64,000 nucleotides of DNA. Origin: Rhizomicrobium sp. Its GTDB lineage: Bacteria > Pseudomonadota > Alphaproteobacteria > Micropepsales > Micropepsaceae. The notes beneath the pieces are model-generated. The model saw only the letters and a list, made by a program, of their open reading frames with translations. It did no database searches and was not told the origin of the DNA. Shown here piece by piece: positions 11,215 to 21,132 of the stretch. Both the position numbers and the translations under genes were made by a program. The stretch is taken from positions 96 to 64,095 of the forward strand of contig DASXEA010000017.1 of the NCBI GenBank assembly GCA_036490345.1, read 5' to 3'. Within the stretch, counting starts at the first letter, position 1; each line of letters starts with the position of its first letter.

Positions 11215-12477
11215 TCACCCTGCCCTCCGCGATGCGGCCATGCCGCCATAGAAAGTGATCCAGAGATAGCAGGCCGCGGGCGCCAGAAGCGCCGCCGAGA
11301 GTCCGAAATGATCTGCTGCCGCGCCAGAGACGACCGGCACTACCGCACCGCCGACGATAGCCATGCACAGGAGTGCCGAAGCCTGGGGCGTGTCGCCAAT
11401 TTCACCTTCAATCGTCAGCGTGAAGATCGTGGGGAACATGATCGCGTTGCAAAGCCCGATCGCAACGATCGTGACTGCCGCGAGGAGCCCTGCACTGAGC
11501 GCGGATGTGACGGCAAGACAGGCCGCCACCGCCGCGCAGCCGCAAAGCAGCTGTCCCGGCCGCACATGGCGCAGCGCCGCGGCGCCGACAAAACGTCCGA
11601 GCATGGCCCCGCCCCAATAGAGACTTACGATCTCGCCCGCCCGCTGCGCAGCAAGCCCGAGCGTATGCGGCCAGATGAGATAGTTGGTCATCACACTGCC
11701 AACCGAAACCTCGGCACCCACATAGAGAAAGATCGACAGCATGCCGAGCGCCACGCGGGCATCGCGCAGCAGAGCCAGCGTCCCCGGCAACGTTGCGGCG
11801 GCACCGGCATGCGGCAGAACAATCCGCTGCCGCAACGACCAGAACAGTACTGCCAGAAGAAGCAAGCCGGCCGCGATGCCCAGAAACGGCACCTGCAGCA
11901 CATGGGCCTGGGAACGTCTGAGAGCGGTCAATGCTTCGGGCGAAAGCACTGCAGCATTGGGCGTCACCAGCCCCGTCGACAGGATCAATGCCGCCCCGAG
12001 AAGCGGACCCAGCGTTGTCCCCAGCGAATTGAACGCCTGGGCGAGATTCAGGCGGCTGTGAGAGGTTGCGCTTGGACCGAGCAGCGCCATGAGCGGATTG
12101 GCGGCGACCTGGAGCACCGTGATGCCGGCGGCGATGATGAACAACGCGAGAAGAAATCCCGGATAGAGGCCAACCATCGCAGCCGGCGCGAACAGGACGC
12201 AGCCCAGCGCCATGACCAGGAGGCCCACGACGATCGCGCGCACATAGCCAATTCGGGAAAGGAGCAGCCCGGCGGGAATCGAGACCACGAGATAGGCAAT
12301 GAAGAAGCTGAACTGCGTCAGCATGACCTCGGCATAGGTCAGATCGAACAGCGCCTTGAGCTTGGGAACGAGGGTGTCGATGAGAACGGTGGCGAAGCCC
12401 CACGCGAAGAAGAGCGCGATCACCAGGGCCAGAATCCAGCCCGGCGGCGCGGCACGGTCAGTTGCGGGCGGGTTCAT
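11215..12477 (-). CDS. Sugar MFS transporter, FucP/GluP family
   Basis: LFFAWGF, LQVAANP, RLNLAQAFNSLGT, FLYVGAEV, AIMFPTIF; start taken at MNPPATD. Confidence 0.9.
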   Translation of the reverse strand: MNPPATDRAAPPGWILALVIALFFAWGFATVLIDTLVPKLKALFDLTYAEVMLTQFSFFIAYLVVSIPAGLLLSRIGYVRAIVVGLLVMALGCVLFAPAAMVGLYPGFLLALFIIAAGITVLQVAANPLMALLGPSATSHSRLNLAQAFNSLGTTLGPLLGAALILSTGLVTPNAAVLSPEALTALRRSQAHVLQVPFLGIAAGLLLLAVLFWSLRQRIVLPHAGAAATLPGTLALLRDARVALGMLSIFLYVGAEVSVGSVMTNYLIWPHTLGLAAQRAGEIVSLYWGGAMLGRFVGAAALRHVRPGQLLCGCAAVAACLAVTSALSAGLLAAVTIVAIGLCNAIMFPTIFTLTIEGEIGDTPQASALLCMAIVGGAVVPVVSGAAADHFGLSAALLAPAACYLWITFYGGMAASRRAG

Positions 12478-12590
12478 GGCGTCTCCAACGCGTCTGCTAT
12501 CTGCCCGGAGCGGACGCAGTGCAACTGCTGTAATGTGCTTTCGTCGCCATGCTCTGGCGAAACTTCGGGTGCGATCGCATGGGATGTTTG

Positions 12591-13565
12591 ATGGCGGCGC
12601 TGCTTGCGGGGCTGCTTGCGGCGCTTCTGGCGGGAAGTGCGAATGCCAGGCCACCGACGGCGGCCGACGAGTTGGGCGCGGCCCTGAAAACGCTCAAGGC
12701 CAAGCATATCAACCGGGCTCAAGCCGACTGGCCGGTCCTGGAGAGATTGGCCAGATCTTTGCTTCCGCGCCAGGGCAAGCCGGAGGATGCCTATCCCGCT
12801 ATTCGCGCCGTGATCGGGGCGCTCGGGGTCAAGCACACCTTCCTCATCACGCGCGATGAATGGAAGGCGGAGATGACCGGCCACGCCCAGGGCCACGCGA
12901 GGCCCGACGCGATGACGCCGCCGCAGTTTCGCCTGCTGCCCGGACAAATCGGCTATGTGCATATCGCTGCATTCATCGGCAGCGCCCAGGCAGTGACGGC
13001 GTACGAGGCGAGATTTGGCCGCTCCATGATTGTGCTGCGACAACAGGGCGCCTGTCGCTATGTCGTCGATCTGCGTGGCAATGGCGGCGGCAATATGTGG
13101 CCGATGCTCAACGGCGTTGCATCGCTCCTTGGTGACCCGCCATTCGGCTTCTTCGAACCCGGATCCGACCCGGGCGAAGTGTGGACGGTCAAGAATGGTG
13201 AAGTCCAAAGCGTCGACGCCGATATCGACCGCGTGCCTGCCTATTCCCCAAAGCGAAGCGGACCGCACGTGGCGGTGCTGGTCGACAGCGCGACCGCAAG
13301 CTCGGGCGAATTCACGGCCATGGCGTTCGAAGGCCGCGACGGAGTGCGAATCTTCGGACAGCCGACAGCAGGTTTTGTCACGGCCAACGACCTCTTTTCA
13401 CTGCCGGACGGCGCAGAAATGGCGGTGACTGTCTCTGGCGCGCAAGATCGCTTGCACCGCAGACATCGCGACCGCATCGTCCCCGACGTTGCGACGCCGC
13501 CTGGACCGGCCACGGACGCAGCCGCCCTGGCCTGGCTCCGCACAACTCCCTGCAAAGCGAAATAG
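12591..13565 (+). CDS. Secreted S41 family peptidase
   Basis: Signal peptide, VDLRGNGGGNM, TASSGE (catalytic Ser), FGQPTAG. Confidence 0.85.
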   Translation: MAALLAGLLAALLAGSANARPPTAADELGAALKTLKAKHINRAQADWPVLERLARSLLPRQGKPEDAYPAIRAVIGALGVKHTFLITRDEWKAEMTGHAQGHARPDAMTPPQFRLLPGQIGYVHIAAFIGSAQAVTAYEARFGRSMIVLRQQGACRYVVDLRGNGGGNMWPMLNGVASLLGDPPFGFFEPGSDPGEVWTVKNGEVQSVDADIDRVPAYSPKRSGPHVAVLVDSATASSGEFTAMAFEGRDGVRIFGQPTAGFVTANDLFSLPDGAEMAVTVSGAQDRLHRRHRDRIVPDVATPPGPATDAAALAWLRTTPCKAK

Positions 13566-13685
13566 CGAAGACGGCACATTTTGGAATCCGGAGGAGACGC
13601 GTCGTCTTTGAGGGGGGCGAGGCGTTTGCTCCAGTCGGCTCCGTTGCGCTACCAACAACAACCTCATTGCAGCGGGGAACCAACC

Positions 13686-14702
13686 ATGTCTTTCGGTCGA
13701 ACCACACTGTGCGCCCTCATATTGCTGGTTTCCCCCACCATGACGCAGGCGGAGACGTTTTCCCTGCATGTCACGCCCGATACGGTTACCTGGGGAAATT
13801 ACGACGCGTCGCGCAAGCCGGTGCTGCGTATCCATTCCGGCGACACAGTGGTCTTCGATACGCTCCTGACCAATAGCCCCTCGGGTCTCGAGAAAAACGG
13901 GGTGCCGCCCGGCGACATACAGCAGACCTTGCGCGATGTTTACGACCACGTCACGGACCGTGGTCCCGGCGGCCACATCCTGACGGGGCCCGTCTATGTC
14001 GAAAACGCATCACCCGGCGATGCGCTCGAAATCCATATCGACAAGATCGCGCTCGCAATACCCTATGCCTATAACGGCTTCCGTTACGGCGCAGGCCTTC
14101 TGACCGACGATTTCCCCTACGCGAAGACGAAGATCATTCCGCTCGACCGCGAACACATGACGGCATCATTCGCACCCGGCGTGACGATTCCGCTCCATCC
14201 CTTTTTCGGCAGCATGGGTGTGGCGCCGCCGGCCGCCTTCGGCCGTTACGATTCGACCCCCCCGACCATCAACGGCGGCAACATGGACAACAAGGAGCTT
14301 GTCGAAGGCACCACACTTTATCTGCCCGTCTGGACGGATGGCGCATTGTTCGAAATCGGCGATGGACATGCCGGCCAGGGCAATGGCGAAGTGGACGTGA
14401 CAGCCATGGAAACCTCGCTGACGGGCACGCTCACCTTTGTTCTGCGCAAAGGGATGCACCTGGCCTATCCGCGGGCTGAAACGCCGACGCATTATATCGC
14501 GATGGGCTTCGACGACGATCTCAGCATCGCTGCACACAAGGCGGTGCGCAACATGGTGGATTTCGTTGTCAATGAGAAGCATCTCAGTCGGGACGATGCC
14601 TATATGCTGGTGAGCGTTGCCGGCGATGTGGACATCACCGAACTCGTCGACCGCAACAAGGGCGTGCATGTGATGTTGCCGAAGGCGGTGTTTGCGAAAT
14701 AG
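13686..14702 (+). CDS. Acetamidase/formamidase family protein
   Basis: GHILTGPVYVENASPGDALEI, GGNMDNKEL, GDGHAGQGNGEV, DAYMLVSVAGD; has a signal peptide. Confidence 0.9.
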   Translation: MSFGRTTLCALILLVSPTMTQAETFSLHVTPDTVTWGNYDASRKPVLRIHSGDTVVFDTLLTNSPSGLEKNGVPPGDIQQTLRDVYDHVTDRGPGGHILTGPVYVENASPGDALEIHIDKIALAIPYAYNGFRYGAGLLTDDFPYAKTKIIPLDREHMTASFAPGVTIPLHPFFGSMGVAPPAAFGRYDSTPPTINGGNMDNKELVEGTTLYLPVWTDGALFEIGDGHAGQGNGEVDVTAMETSLTGTLTFVLRKGMHLAYPRAETPTHYIAMGFDDDLSIAAHKAVRNMVDFVVNEKHLSRDDAYMLVSVAGDVDITELVDRNKGVHVMLPKAVFAK

Positions 14703-14773
14703 CGCCTCGCATCGGTTGATGGACGCGCCGTCTTGTTTCATTTTAAAGCCGGACCTTACCGGCAGCGGCCGCC

Positions 14774-15703
14774 CTAGTCTGTCAGCAACACGATCTTGCC
14801 GACAGTATGGCCCTCTTCTACTGAAGCCAGTGCCTCGGCGGCCTGATCAAGCGGCCATGTCTTTGCGATATGCGGCCTGACTCTGCCCGCAGCGACAAGA
14901 GCCGCGATGTGGCCTAGTTCTCTGCCATCCGCTTCAACCGTGTAGCGCAGGGCGCGCACGCCCAGATCCTGCGCCCTGCTCTGGTCCGGGGCAGTAAGGG
15001 TGGAAACCAGCGTCCCGCCTCGCTTCAATAGCGTCCAGGAGCGCTCCCGGGTTTCTCCGTCGATCAGGTCGAAAACCATGTCGAGATCGGACGCGTGATC
15101 TTCGAATCGCTGCGTCTTGTAGTCGATGACCACATCGGCGCCCAATGATTTGGCGAAAGCGACATTGGCCGTTGAGACGGTCGTCAAGACGTGCGCCCCT
15201 TTGGCTTTCGCGAACTGGATGGCGAAATGGCCGACGCCGCCGGAACCTCCATGAACGAGAATCGACTGGCCCGCCTGCAGGCCGCCATGGCGAAACAAGC
15301 CTTGCCAGGCCGTCTGCCCGGCGAGCGGAATGGCTGCGGCATGGGCATGATCGATACCCGACGGTTTGGCCGCGATCGCATCCTGATCGAGCACGACCTT
15401 CTGGGCGTAGCCGCCGCCTCCGATACCCACCATCCCGAACACGGCGTCACCGGTCTTGAATTTGGTCGCCTGCGCGCCGCACTGTTCGATGATACCGGAT
15501 GCGTCTCTTCCCGGCGTATAAGGAAGGCGGTCTTCCTTGACGGCGGGGTATTTGCCGCTGCGGATTTTGAAGTCGACCGGATTGACGCTCGCCGCCTTCA
15601 CACGGATCAAAACCTGTGAGGCGTCAGGCAGTGACGGCTCGACATCGTCGGGTTGGAGATCCCCGCCAAACCGATGAAAACGCATTTCGCGAATTTTTGT
15701 CAT
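14774..15703 (-). CDS. NADP-dependent oxidoreductase (MDR/zeta-crystallin family)
   Basis: VKAASVNPVD, GRDASG, AAAIPLAGQTAW, HGGSGGVGHFAIQ, GKIVL. Confidence 0.9.
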   Translation of the reverse strand: MTKIREMRFHRFGGDLQPDDVEPSLPDASQVLIRVKAASVNPVDFKIRSGKYPAVKEDRLPYTPGRDASGIIEQCGAQATKFKTGDAVFGMVGIGGGGYAQKVVLDQDAIAAKPSGIDHAHAAAIPLAGQTAWQGLFRHGGLQAGQSILVHGGSGGVGHFAIQFAKAKGAHVLTTVSTANVAFAKSLGADVVIDYKTQRFEDHASDLDMVFDLIDGETRERSWTLLKRGGTLVSTLTAPDQSRAQDLGVRALRYTVEADGRELGHIAALVAAGRVRPHIAKTWPLDQAAEALASVEEGHTVGKIVLLTD

Positions 15704-15725
15704 CACCGCCCTTTCGGCCCGGCCG

Positions 15726-15932
15726 TCAATTTTCACCGGAAGGTTGTGCATGGCGCGCGGTCTTGCAAAGCTCGCCGATCTGTTTGCGTAGGGTTCGGCC
15801 CTCTCCCGCAAGGGCTGCAGACCCATATCCGTCGCGCGCAAGATGCTTTTCGACATCATGACAGTCGGTGGCCTTGCCGGAACGTGCGATCTCGAACGCA
15901 CGTTCCAGAACGGTGGGGCGGAATTCACTCAT
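15726..15932 (-). CDS. Small conserved hypothetical protein
   Basis: MSEFRPTVLERAFEIARSG...L.RDGY pattern familiar from alphaproteobacterial small proteins. Confidence 0.6.
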   Translation of the reverse strand: MSEFRPTVLERAFEIARSGKATDCHDVEKHLARDGYGSAALAGEGRTLRKQIGELCKTARHAQPSGEN

Positions 15933-15955
15933 GCCCATATCCCTTTCGCGGGGCG

Positions 15956-16219
15956 CTATTTCGAAAGACGTCGCGCATTTGCCCGCACCTGCCGGCGGTA
16001 TTTCCGAATAATGGCGGTGGGCGATTGGCCCGCTGCGAGCCTTCTATTTGCATCGATCGCCGCTACAATCTTTTCCGATACCATACGTTCCGCTTCAATT
16101 TGCGCCGCTGATCCGCCAGAAGCCAATTTGATCATGCGCAGCCAAATGACACGCTGTGCTTCCAGCCCCAGCATTCCCATATTGTACCAGGGAGAAAATG
16201 CATTCGACGGCCGCCTCAA
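15956..16219 (-). CDS. Small hypothetical protein
   Basis: LGLEAQRVIWLRMIKLA...EAERMVSEK...YRRQVRANARRL; exact start uncertain. Confidence 0.6.
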   Translation of the reverse strand: MRRPSNAFSPWYNMGMLGLEAQRVIWLRMIKLASGGSAAQIEAERMVSEKIVAAIDANRRLAAGQSPTAIIRKYRRQVRANARRLSK

Positions 16220-16286
16220 CGGATGATTTCCGTTCCAGAGGATTCAAGCATCTGGAATAGCCAAACTCCGCTCTCGTTTCGATGCG

Positions 16287-16475
16287 TCATGCCTGTTTCT
16301 TGGCGGCGTCTCGGACGGCGTCCCTCGCGCCGCCGGCAGCATTTTTGAGCTTTCCCCTGAATTTGTCCGCCTTTCCTTCGGCCTTCAGCTTTGCATCGCC
16401 AAGAAGGGCGCCTGCGGCCTCCTTGATGGCGCCCTTTGCCTGATCGGCTGAACCTTTGATTCTATCCTTGTCCAT
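16287..16475 (-). CDS. csbD: CsbD family general stress protein
   Basis: MDKDRIKGSADQAKGAIKEAAGALLGDAKLKAEG. Confidence 0.92.
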   Translation of the reverse strand: MDKDRIKGSADQAKGAIKEAAGALLGDAKLKAEGKADKFRGKLKNAAGGARDAVRDAAKKQA

Positions 16476-16511
16476 AGCGAGCGCTCTGCAATTGTGAGGT
16501 TGCGGGAGGAG

Positions 16512-16537
16512 AACCCTCGGTTGGCGTATCGGGTTCC
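16512..16537 (-). promoter_or_regulatory. Sigma-EcfG (SigT/RpoE2)-type promoter of csbD
   Basis: Minus strand GGAAC-N17-GGTT. Confidence 0.75.
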
Positions 16538-16556
16538 TTGTCGGACGCAGCAAAAG

Positions 16557-16582
16557 GGAACGTTTCGGTATCGCGGCGGGTT
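16557..16582 (+). promoter_or_regulatory. Sigma-EcfG-type promoter of the 16612 gene
   Basis: GGAAC-GTTTCGGTATCGCGGCG(N17)-GGTT. Confidence 0.7.
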
Positions 16583-16611
16583 AGCCGAGAGTGAAAAACG
16601 AGGGAATCTCC

Positions 16612-16920
16612 ATGCATAGGATTTTGGTCGCGGCGCTTGCCGCGGGTCTGCTGGCAAGCGCGGCGGCGGCGCAGGATATGCCAGCCCAGTCATCGCCACA
16701 GAATTCGGCGGTGAAGTCGACGGATCAAAACACATCATCGCTTCCCGTCGCTGGCGCGAACAGCTTCACGATGGCACAGGCGAAGTCCCGCATTCTTGCG
16801 AGGGGCTACACACAGGTCAGCACTCTGAAGAAGGACCAAAGCGGCGTCTGGCGCGGCACCGCGGTGAAAGACGGACAATCGGGGCCCGTGAGCGTCGATT
16901 ACCAGGGCAACGTCAACTAG
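16612..16920 (+). CDS. Secreted PepSY-like small protein
   Basis: Signal peptide; GANSFTMAQAKSRI..GYTQV..L.KD..GVWRG.A.KDG...VSVDYQGNV. Confidence 0.8.
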   Translation: MHRILVAALAAGLLASAAAAQDMPAQSSPQNSAVKSTDQNTSSLPVAGANSFTMAQAKSRILARGYTQVSTLKKDQSGVWRGTAVKDGQSGPVSVDYQGNVN

Positions 16921-16968
16921 ACGCATTGCCGATTTATCGTCTCACGCCATAACACAAGGGGAAATTCC

Positions 16969-17592
16969 ATGACCAAGACGCTCACCCGGGTTTACGGGGA
17001 TTTTGCAGGCGCCAAAGCTGTCGTCCATGAACTTGAGGCCGCCGGATTGGCGGATGGCAATATTGGAATCGTTGCGAGCAATGCCGACGGATGGCACAAA
17101 CCCGGCGGAAGTGATGTCGCTCCCGAACATGACAAGGCCCGCCACGGCAACGACGACCGCGCGACCGGCGCCGCTACCGGCGGTGGGCTGGGCGCCGTAG
17201 CCGGCGGAACGGTTGGTGTTCTGACGGGCCTCGGCATGCTTGCGATACCCGGCGTCGGACCGGTCGTAGCTGCGGGTTGGCTCGCAACCGCCGCTGCTGG
17301 TGCCGTAGCTGTGGGCGCGGCCGGAGGTCTTGTCGGAGCACTCGCGGGATCCGGCACCAGCAAAGAGAATGCCGAGTTGTACGCCGAAGCGGTTCGCCGC
17401 GGTGGTACTGTTGTCACGGCGCGTGTGCCCGATGACGAGGAAATTCGCTATGCGGCGATCATGGACAACGCTGCGATCGACGTTGCCGGTCGCGCCGCGA
17501 CCTATCGTTCTTCTGGATGGACCGGTTACAATCCTTCTGCACCCGCATATGACGCGGAGCAGGTTCGCCGGGAACGAACTGCGTATCTCTAG
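16969..17592 (+). CDS. General stress protein (glycine-zipper, YflT/17M-like)
   Basis: GAATGGGLGAVAGG...LAIPGVGPVVAAG...YAEAVRRGG.VV.ARV. Confidence 0.8.
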   Translation: MTKTLTRVYGDFAGAKAVVHELEAAGLADGNIGIVASNADGWHKPGGSDVAPEHDKARHGNDDRATGAATGGGLGAVAGGTVGVLTGLGMLAIPGVGPVVAAGWLATAAAGAVAVGAAGGLVGALAGSGTSKENAELYAEAVRRGGTVVTARVPDDEEIRYAAIMDNAAIDVAGRAATYRSSGWTGYNPSAPAYDAEQVRRERTAYL

Positions 17593-17612
17593 CCGATCCG
17601 ATCGAAGCAGGG

Positions 17613-17638
17613 GCCGCCCAGGCTACTGGGCGGCTTTT
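17613..17638 (+). terminator. Intrinsic terminator
   Basis: GCCGCCCAG-GCTA-CTGGGCGGC followed by TTTT, 20 nt after the stop at 17592. Confidence 0.8.
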
Positions 17639-17667
17639 GCCTGGACGAAGCGGCGCCCCTCAAGCCA

Positions 17668-19371
17668 CTAGGTGCGAAACTCGGGTACGTCCGGATAGGC
17701 ATCCAGAACAGGACCCAATGCCGATTTGAGCGGACCGAGAAAAGGCTCGTAGTTACGCCAGCTTTCCAGCGCATCCCGATAGAGCGGCGAACGAACCTGC
17801 TCGGAGCTGGCAGAATTCAGCCCACGCGCGTTCGCATGAAACGCGAGGCACTCCGATTCGAAAGGCAGGTCGAGCCAGGCCAGCACACGGCGGATTTCCT
17901 GCTCAGGCCGTTCGATCAGATTTTCGTAATGGACGCGCAAGACGCGCCCCGGAAGCACGTTATCGAAATGCGCCATCGTCGCCACGTAATCTGAATAGTA
18001 TCGCCCCAGATCGGCGAGCCGCAGAGTGTGGCCGAGTCCATGAAGGAACAGGGATGTGAAATTGGAAAAGCAGCAGCCAAGCGGGTGCCGGCGGATGTCG
18101 ATGATGCGCGCCCTCGGCAGAATCAACTGCAAAAAACCGACGTGCCAGAAATTGAACGGCTCCTTGTCGACGAAAAACGGCCGGCCCAGTGGCCGCCGCA
18201 GAAGCGTGGCCGAAAGATATTCCTCGCCAAGCGCGCGGAATTGATCCGGCTCGATCGAAGCCAGAACGCCAGGATAGCCCGTGCCGCATTGTGCCTTCAT
18301 GCTGTCCTGAAGCCGGCGGGCCATGAACCGGATATGCGCCATTTCCCCCGCGCCTTCGATCGCGGAATGGCTCGCGAGCATCTGTTCCAGCAGCGTGGAA
18401 CCTGCGCGCTGCATGCCGACGACGAAGATGGGTGCGCGCGAGTCCGAACCGCAGCCGGCACGCGCGTCGAAGAAATCGGGCGAGTACAGGGCTTTGAGCT
18501 TTGTTGCCTCGGAGGAGGTCGAGGCGGGATCGTAGCCTGATACAAGCCTGCGGGTCGCATTGGCCCGCGCATAGGCATCAAATGACCGACCGTACTCGCC
18601 ACAATCGCCGAACGCCTTGCCGAGCGCGAAGAGCATATGCATGCGGTCGCCCGCATCGATGTCGCGACGCGCAAGCTGCGCCTCCAGTAGTGCAATCTCA
18701 GCGGCTCCGAACGTGAAGGTGCGAGGACCGGCGAGGCCCCACCACGCTGTGCCTGTGGCCGGGTTGGCGGCAATCGCTTTGCGAAACGCGGCGACACATT
18801 GCTCCTGCAAGCCGCTCGTTCTCAGGACCTGGGCGTAACTCACCTGCACTTTTGCGGAGCCGGGAAAGTCTTCGGCAAGGGTGCGGCGACACGCAAGCGC
18901 GTCGTCATGACGCCCCATGGACGAAAGTGCCACAGCCTGCACGTCGCGATACAAGGGATGGCTGGAAGCCTTGCCGAGGAGTATCTCGACCTGCTCAAGC
19001 GCCGCCGCGGGTTTGTTCATCTGCTGCAGCACATTGGCATAAGACAGGCGCGCCAGATCGAATCCCGGCGCGCGGGCGACGCAGTCGGCCAGCAGAATCT
19101 CGGCCTGGGCCTTGTGGCCCTGGCGCAAGAGGATCTCGGCGAGAAGGTGGCGCGCATCCAGGTCGTTCTTGTGTCTGCGCAGATAGGGGTTCAAAATCTG
19201 GTTGGCGGCCTCCAGCCGGTCGTCGTCCAACGCATCCTGTGCTTCGCGCAATTCCGGCTTCCGCAGAGGCCTTTGCGCATGCAATGCCGCGAGAAGCCGC
19301 GAAAACTCCGCTTCCGCGGCAGCATTCTCCTTGACGGTCACACCGGTTCGGGAATTTTGCGGATCATTCAT
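17668..19371 (-). CDS. Tetratricopeptide-repeat-containing sulfotransferase
   Basis: N-terminal TPR helices; FVVGMQRAGSTLLEQMLASHS, FVDKEPFN, RHPLGCCFS, SASSEQVR.PLY. Confidence 0.9.
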   Translation of the reverse strand: MNDPQNSRTGVTVKENAAAEAEFSRLLAALHAQRPLRKPELREAQDALDDDRLEAANQILNPYLRRHKNDLDARHLLAEILLRQGHKAQAEILLADCVARAPGFDLARLSYANVLQQMNKPAAALEQVEILLGKASSHPLYRDVQAVALSSMGRHDDALACRRTLAEDFPGSAKVQVSYAQVLRTSGLQEQCVAAFRKAIAANPATGTAWWGLAGPRTFTFGAAEIALLEAQLARRDIDAGDRMHMLFALGKAFGDCGEYGRSFDAYARANATRRLVSGYDPASTSSEATKLKALYSPDFFDARAGCGSDSRAPIFVVGMQRAGSTLLEQMLASHSAIEGAGEMAHIRFMARRLQDSMKAQCGTGYPGVLASIEPDQFRALGEEYLSATLLRRPLGRPFFVDKEPFNFWHVGFLQLILPRARIIDIRRHPLGCCFSNFTSLFLHGLGHTLRLADLGRYYSDYVATMAHFDNVLPGRVLRVHYENLIERPEQEIRRVLAWLDLPFESECLAFHANARGLNSASSEQVRSPLYRDALESWRNYEPFLGPLKSALGPVLDAYPDVPEFRT

Positions 19372-19484
19372 GGCGCGCAGCATACAAGGGCGCGCGTCAT
19401 TGGTGGACTCTCTTTTGGCACTGACGCCTTCTCGATGTGTCAGACAGGCAGGATGCGACGGTCCGACAATTTCGAGGGCGCTCG

Positions 19485-19637
19485 CTATAGTCGCTTGGCG
19501 AAAACCAGCACGAGGACAATCAGTAAAAGCAGCCCCAGGCCGCCGCCGGGATAGTACCCCCAGCCACTGCTATAGGGCCAAAGGGGCAGAGCTCCAATCA
19601 GGAGCAGGATGAGAATTACGAGCAGCAGCAATCGCAT
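19485..19637 (-). CDS. DUF3309 family small membrane protein
   Basis: Own translation MRLLLLVILILLLIGALPLWPYSSGWGYYPGGGLGLLLLIVLVLVFAKRL (50 aa, below the ORF-track cutoff). Confidence 0.88.
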   Translation of the reverse strand: MRLLLLVILILLLIGALPLWPYSSGWGYYPGGGLGLLLLIVLVLVFAKRL

Positions 19638-19670
19638 GATTCCCTCGTGTCATTCTGCCGACACCGCAGG

Positions 19671-19696
19671 AACGAGGCGGCATCGCCAAAAGTTCC
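19671..19696 (-). promoter_or_regulatory. Sigma-EcfG-type promoter of the DUF3309 gene
   Basis: Minus strand GGAAC-TTTTGGCGATGCCGCCT(N17)-CGTT, exact consensus. Confidence 0.8.
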
Positions 19697-19831
19697 GGCC
19701 AAACCAAATTTCGTATCGGCACTCAATGCGCCGGATGATTTCGGCGAACTTGCGCCGTAATATGAAAGGAGTCGGGGCGTCCGGATCGGCGCCCCGACGA
19801 ATTTGGCGGGATACCGGAAAGAGGCGGAGTA

Positions 19832-20251
19832 ATGAGCGAGGTGCTGCAGAACGGATCGGCTGAAATCGAGATCAGGGCGCTTATCGAAGCCTGGGCGGAA
19901 GCCGTCCGCCGACACGATATGGCCGGCATTCTCGCCCACCATACCTCCGACATCGTGATGTTCGACCTTCCGCCGCCCCTGCAATCCCGAGGCATGGAAG
20001 AATACAAGGAAACATGGGACCTGTTCTTCCGCTACCACCGGCCCGGGCAGGCGTTCGATATCGAAGAACTCGTCGTCACCGCCGGCGACGACATCGCCTT
20101 TGCCTTCGCCATCCTGCGCTGCGGTTCGGCTACCGTCGGCGGCGTGGCGGAGGAGGGTGGGTTTCAATTCAGGCTGACCATAGGGTTGCGGCGAATCGAT
20201 CGGCGTTGGCACATCACGCACGAACACCACTCGATACCATCGCCAGACTAG
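19832..20251 (+). CDS. SnoaL-like/NTF2 family (YybH-like) protein
   Basis: IRALIEAWAEAVRRHD, VMFDLPPPLQ, RLTIGLR...W.ITHEHHS. Confidence 0.85.
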   Translation: MSEVLQNGSAEIEIRALIEAWAEAVRRHDMAGILAHHTSDIVMFDLPPPLQSRGMEEYKETWDLFFRYHRPGQAFDIEELVVTAGDDIAFAFAILRCGSATVGGVAEEGGFQFRLTIGLRRIDRRWHITHEHHSIPSPD

Positions 20252-20329
20252 GCTAGCGGCGCCCATCACCGTGATTTCACAAGGCCTGAATTGCGCCAGA
20301 CAATGGCGCGTGGATGGCATCGTTCCCAT

Positions 20330-20355
20330 GGAACAAAATGGGCAGGATGGGGGTT
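20330..20355 (+). promoter_or_regulatory. Sigma-EcfG-type promoter of the 20417 gene
   Basis: GGAAC-N17-GGTT. Confidence 0.65.
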
Positions 20356-20416
20356 ACGACCTGCTGCACCGCAACTCGCCCGCTGCCATTCTGTCACCCC
20401 ATTGCAGGAGATCGCC

Positions 20417-20572
20417 GTGAGAGCCCTGGAGATAATTGTTGCGCTAATTCTCGCACTTGTTGCGTTCGTCGTTCTGAAAATTATCGGCGTCGTGATCCAC
20501 ATCGCCCTCGTAGGCGCCCTGGTCGGATTGATCGTGGGCTTCTTCATTGCGCGCGCATTTCGAAGAGATTGA
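20417..20572 (+). CDS. Small two-helix membrane protein
   Basis: GGAG RBS at 20407, GTG start, (M)RALEIIVALILALVAFVVLKIIGVVIHIALVGALVGLIVGFFIARAFRRD. Confidence 0.65.
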   Translation: MRALEIIVALILALVAFVVLKIIGVVIHIALVGALVGLIVGFFIARAFRRD

Positions 20573-20650
20573 TGCGGCCGCGACGGCCACGCCGTTCCTG
20601 ATTGTTGGCCTTCGCGACCGCACACACGGTTTCCACCCTGCTTTCCCCTC

Positions 20651-21130
20651 CTAAGCATCGAAGGCGCTCGCGGCATCGACCAGCCATTGGCGGACGGCGT
20701 CCGCAAGCGCGGGATTCATGCGGGCGCGCAGCGTCGCTTCGACAGGCGCGGTGAGGGCGCGACAGCGTGTGTTGAGCGCACGTCCTTCGGCGGTCACCAC
20801 GAGCCTCAGGATGCGGCCATGTATGGGGTCGGGCTCCTTGCGAATGGCCCCGCGAGCCTCCAGGGCACGCACGATGCCGGTCACGGTCTGCGGCGTCAGC
20901 ATCGCCAGCCGCGCGAGATCGGCGGCGGAGATCGCATCATAGGCGCGAATGATGGTCAGCGCCGACTGCTGCGGATAGGTCATCGCCTCGGCGGCGAGCG
21001 CGCGATCGAGCGCCAGCCGAACGGAAGCGTTCGCCTGCCGCAAAAGATAAGTGAGATAGCCGTCCGGCCCGCGCTTCGCCTCCCCCACCCGCGGAAGACG
21101 CGGCAGACCCTGGCGGGAATCCTTGACCAT
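20651..21130 (-). CDS. MarR family transcriptional regulator
   Basis: LTYLLRQAN, S.ADLARLAMLTPQTVTGIVRALEARG, D..HGR...L..T.EG. Confidence 0.9.
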   Translation of the reverse strand: MVKDSRQGLPRLPRVGEAKRGPDGYLTYLLRQANASVRLALDRALAAEAMTYPQQSALTIIRAYDAISAADLARLAMLTPQTVTGIVRALEARGAIRKEPDPIHGRILRLVVTAEGRALNTRCRALTAPVEATLRARMNPALADAVRQWLVDAASAFDA

Positions 21131-21132
21131 GA

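Noticed and set aside
16225-16285. Further sigma-EcfG promoter upstream of the 15956-16219 gene
   Set aside because: GGAAC is present, but CGTT follows at 10 nt rather than 16-17 nt.
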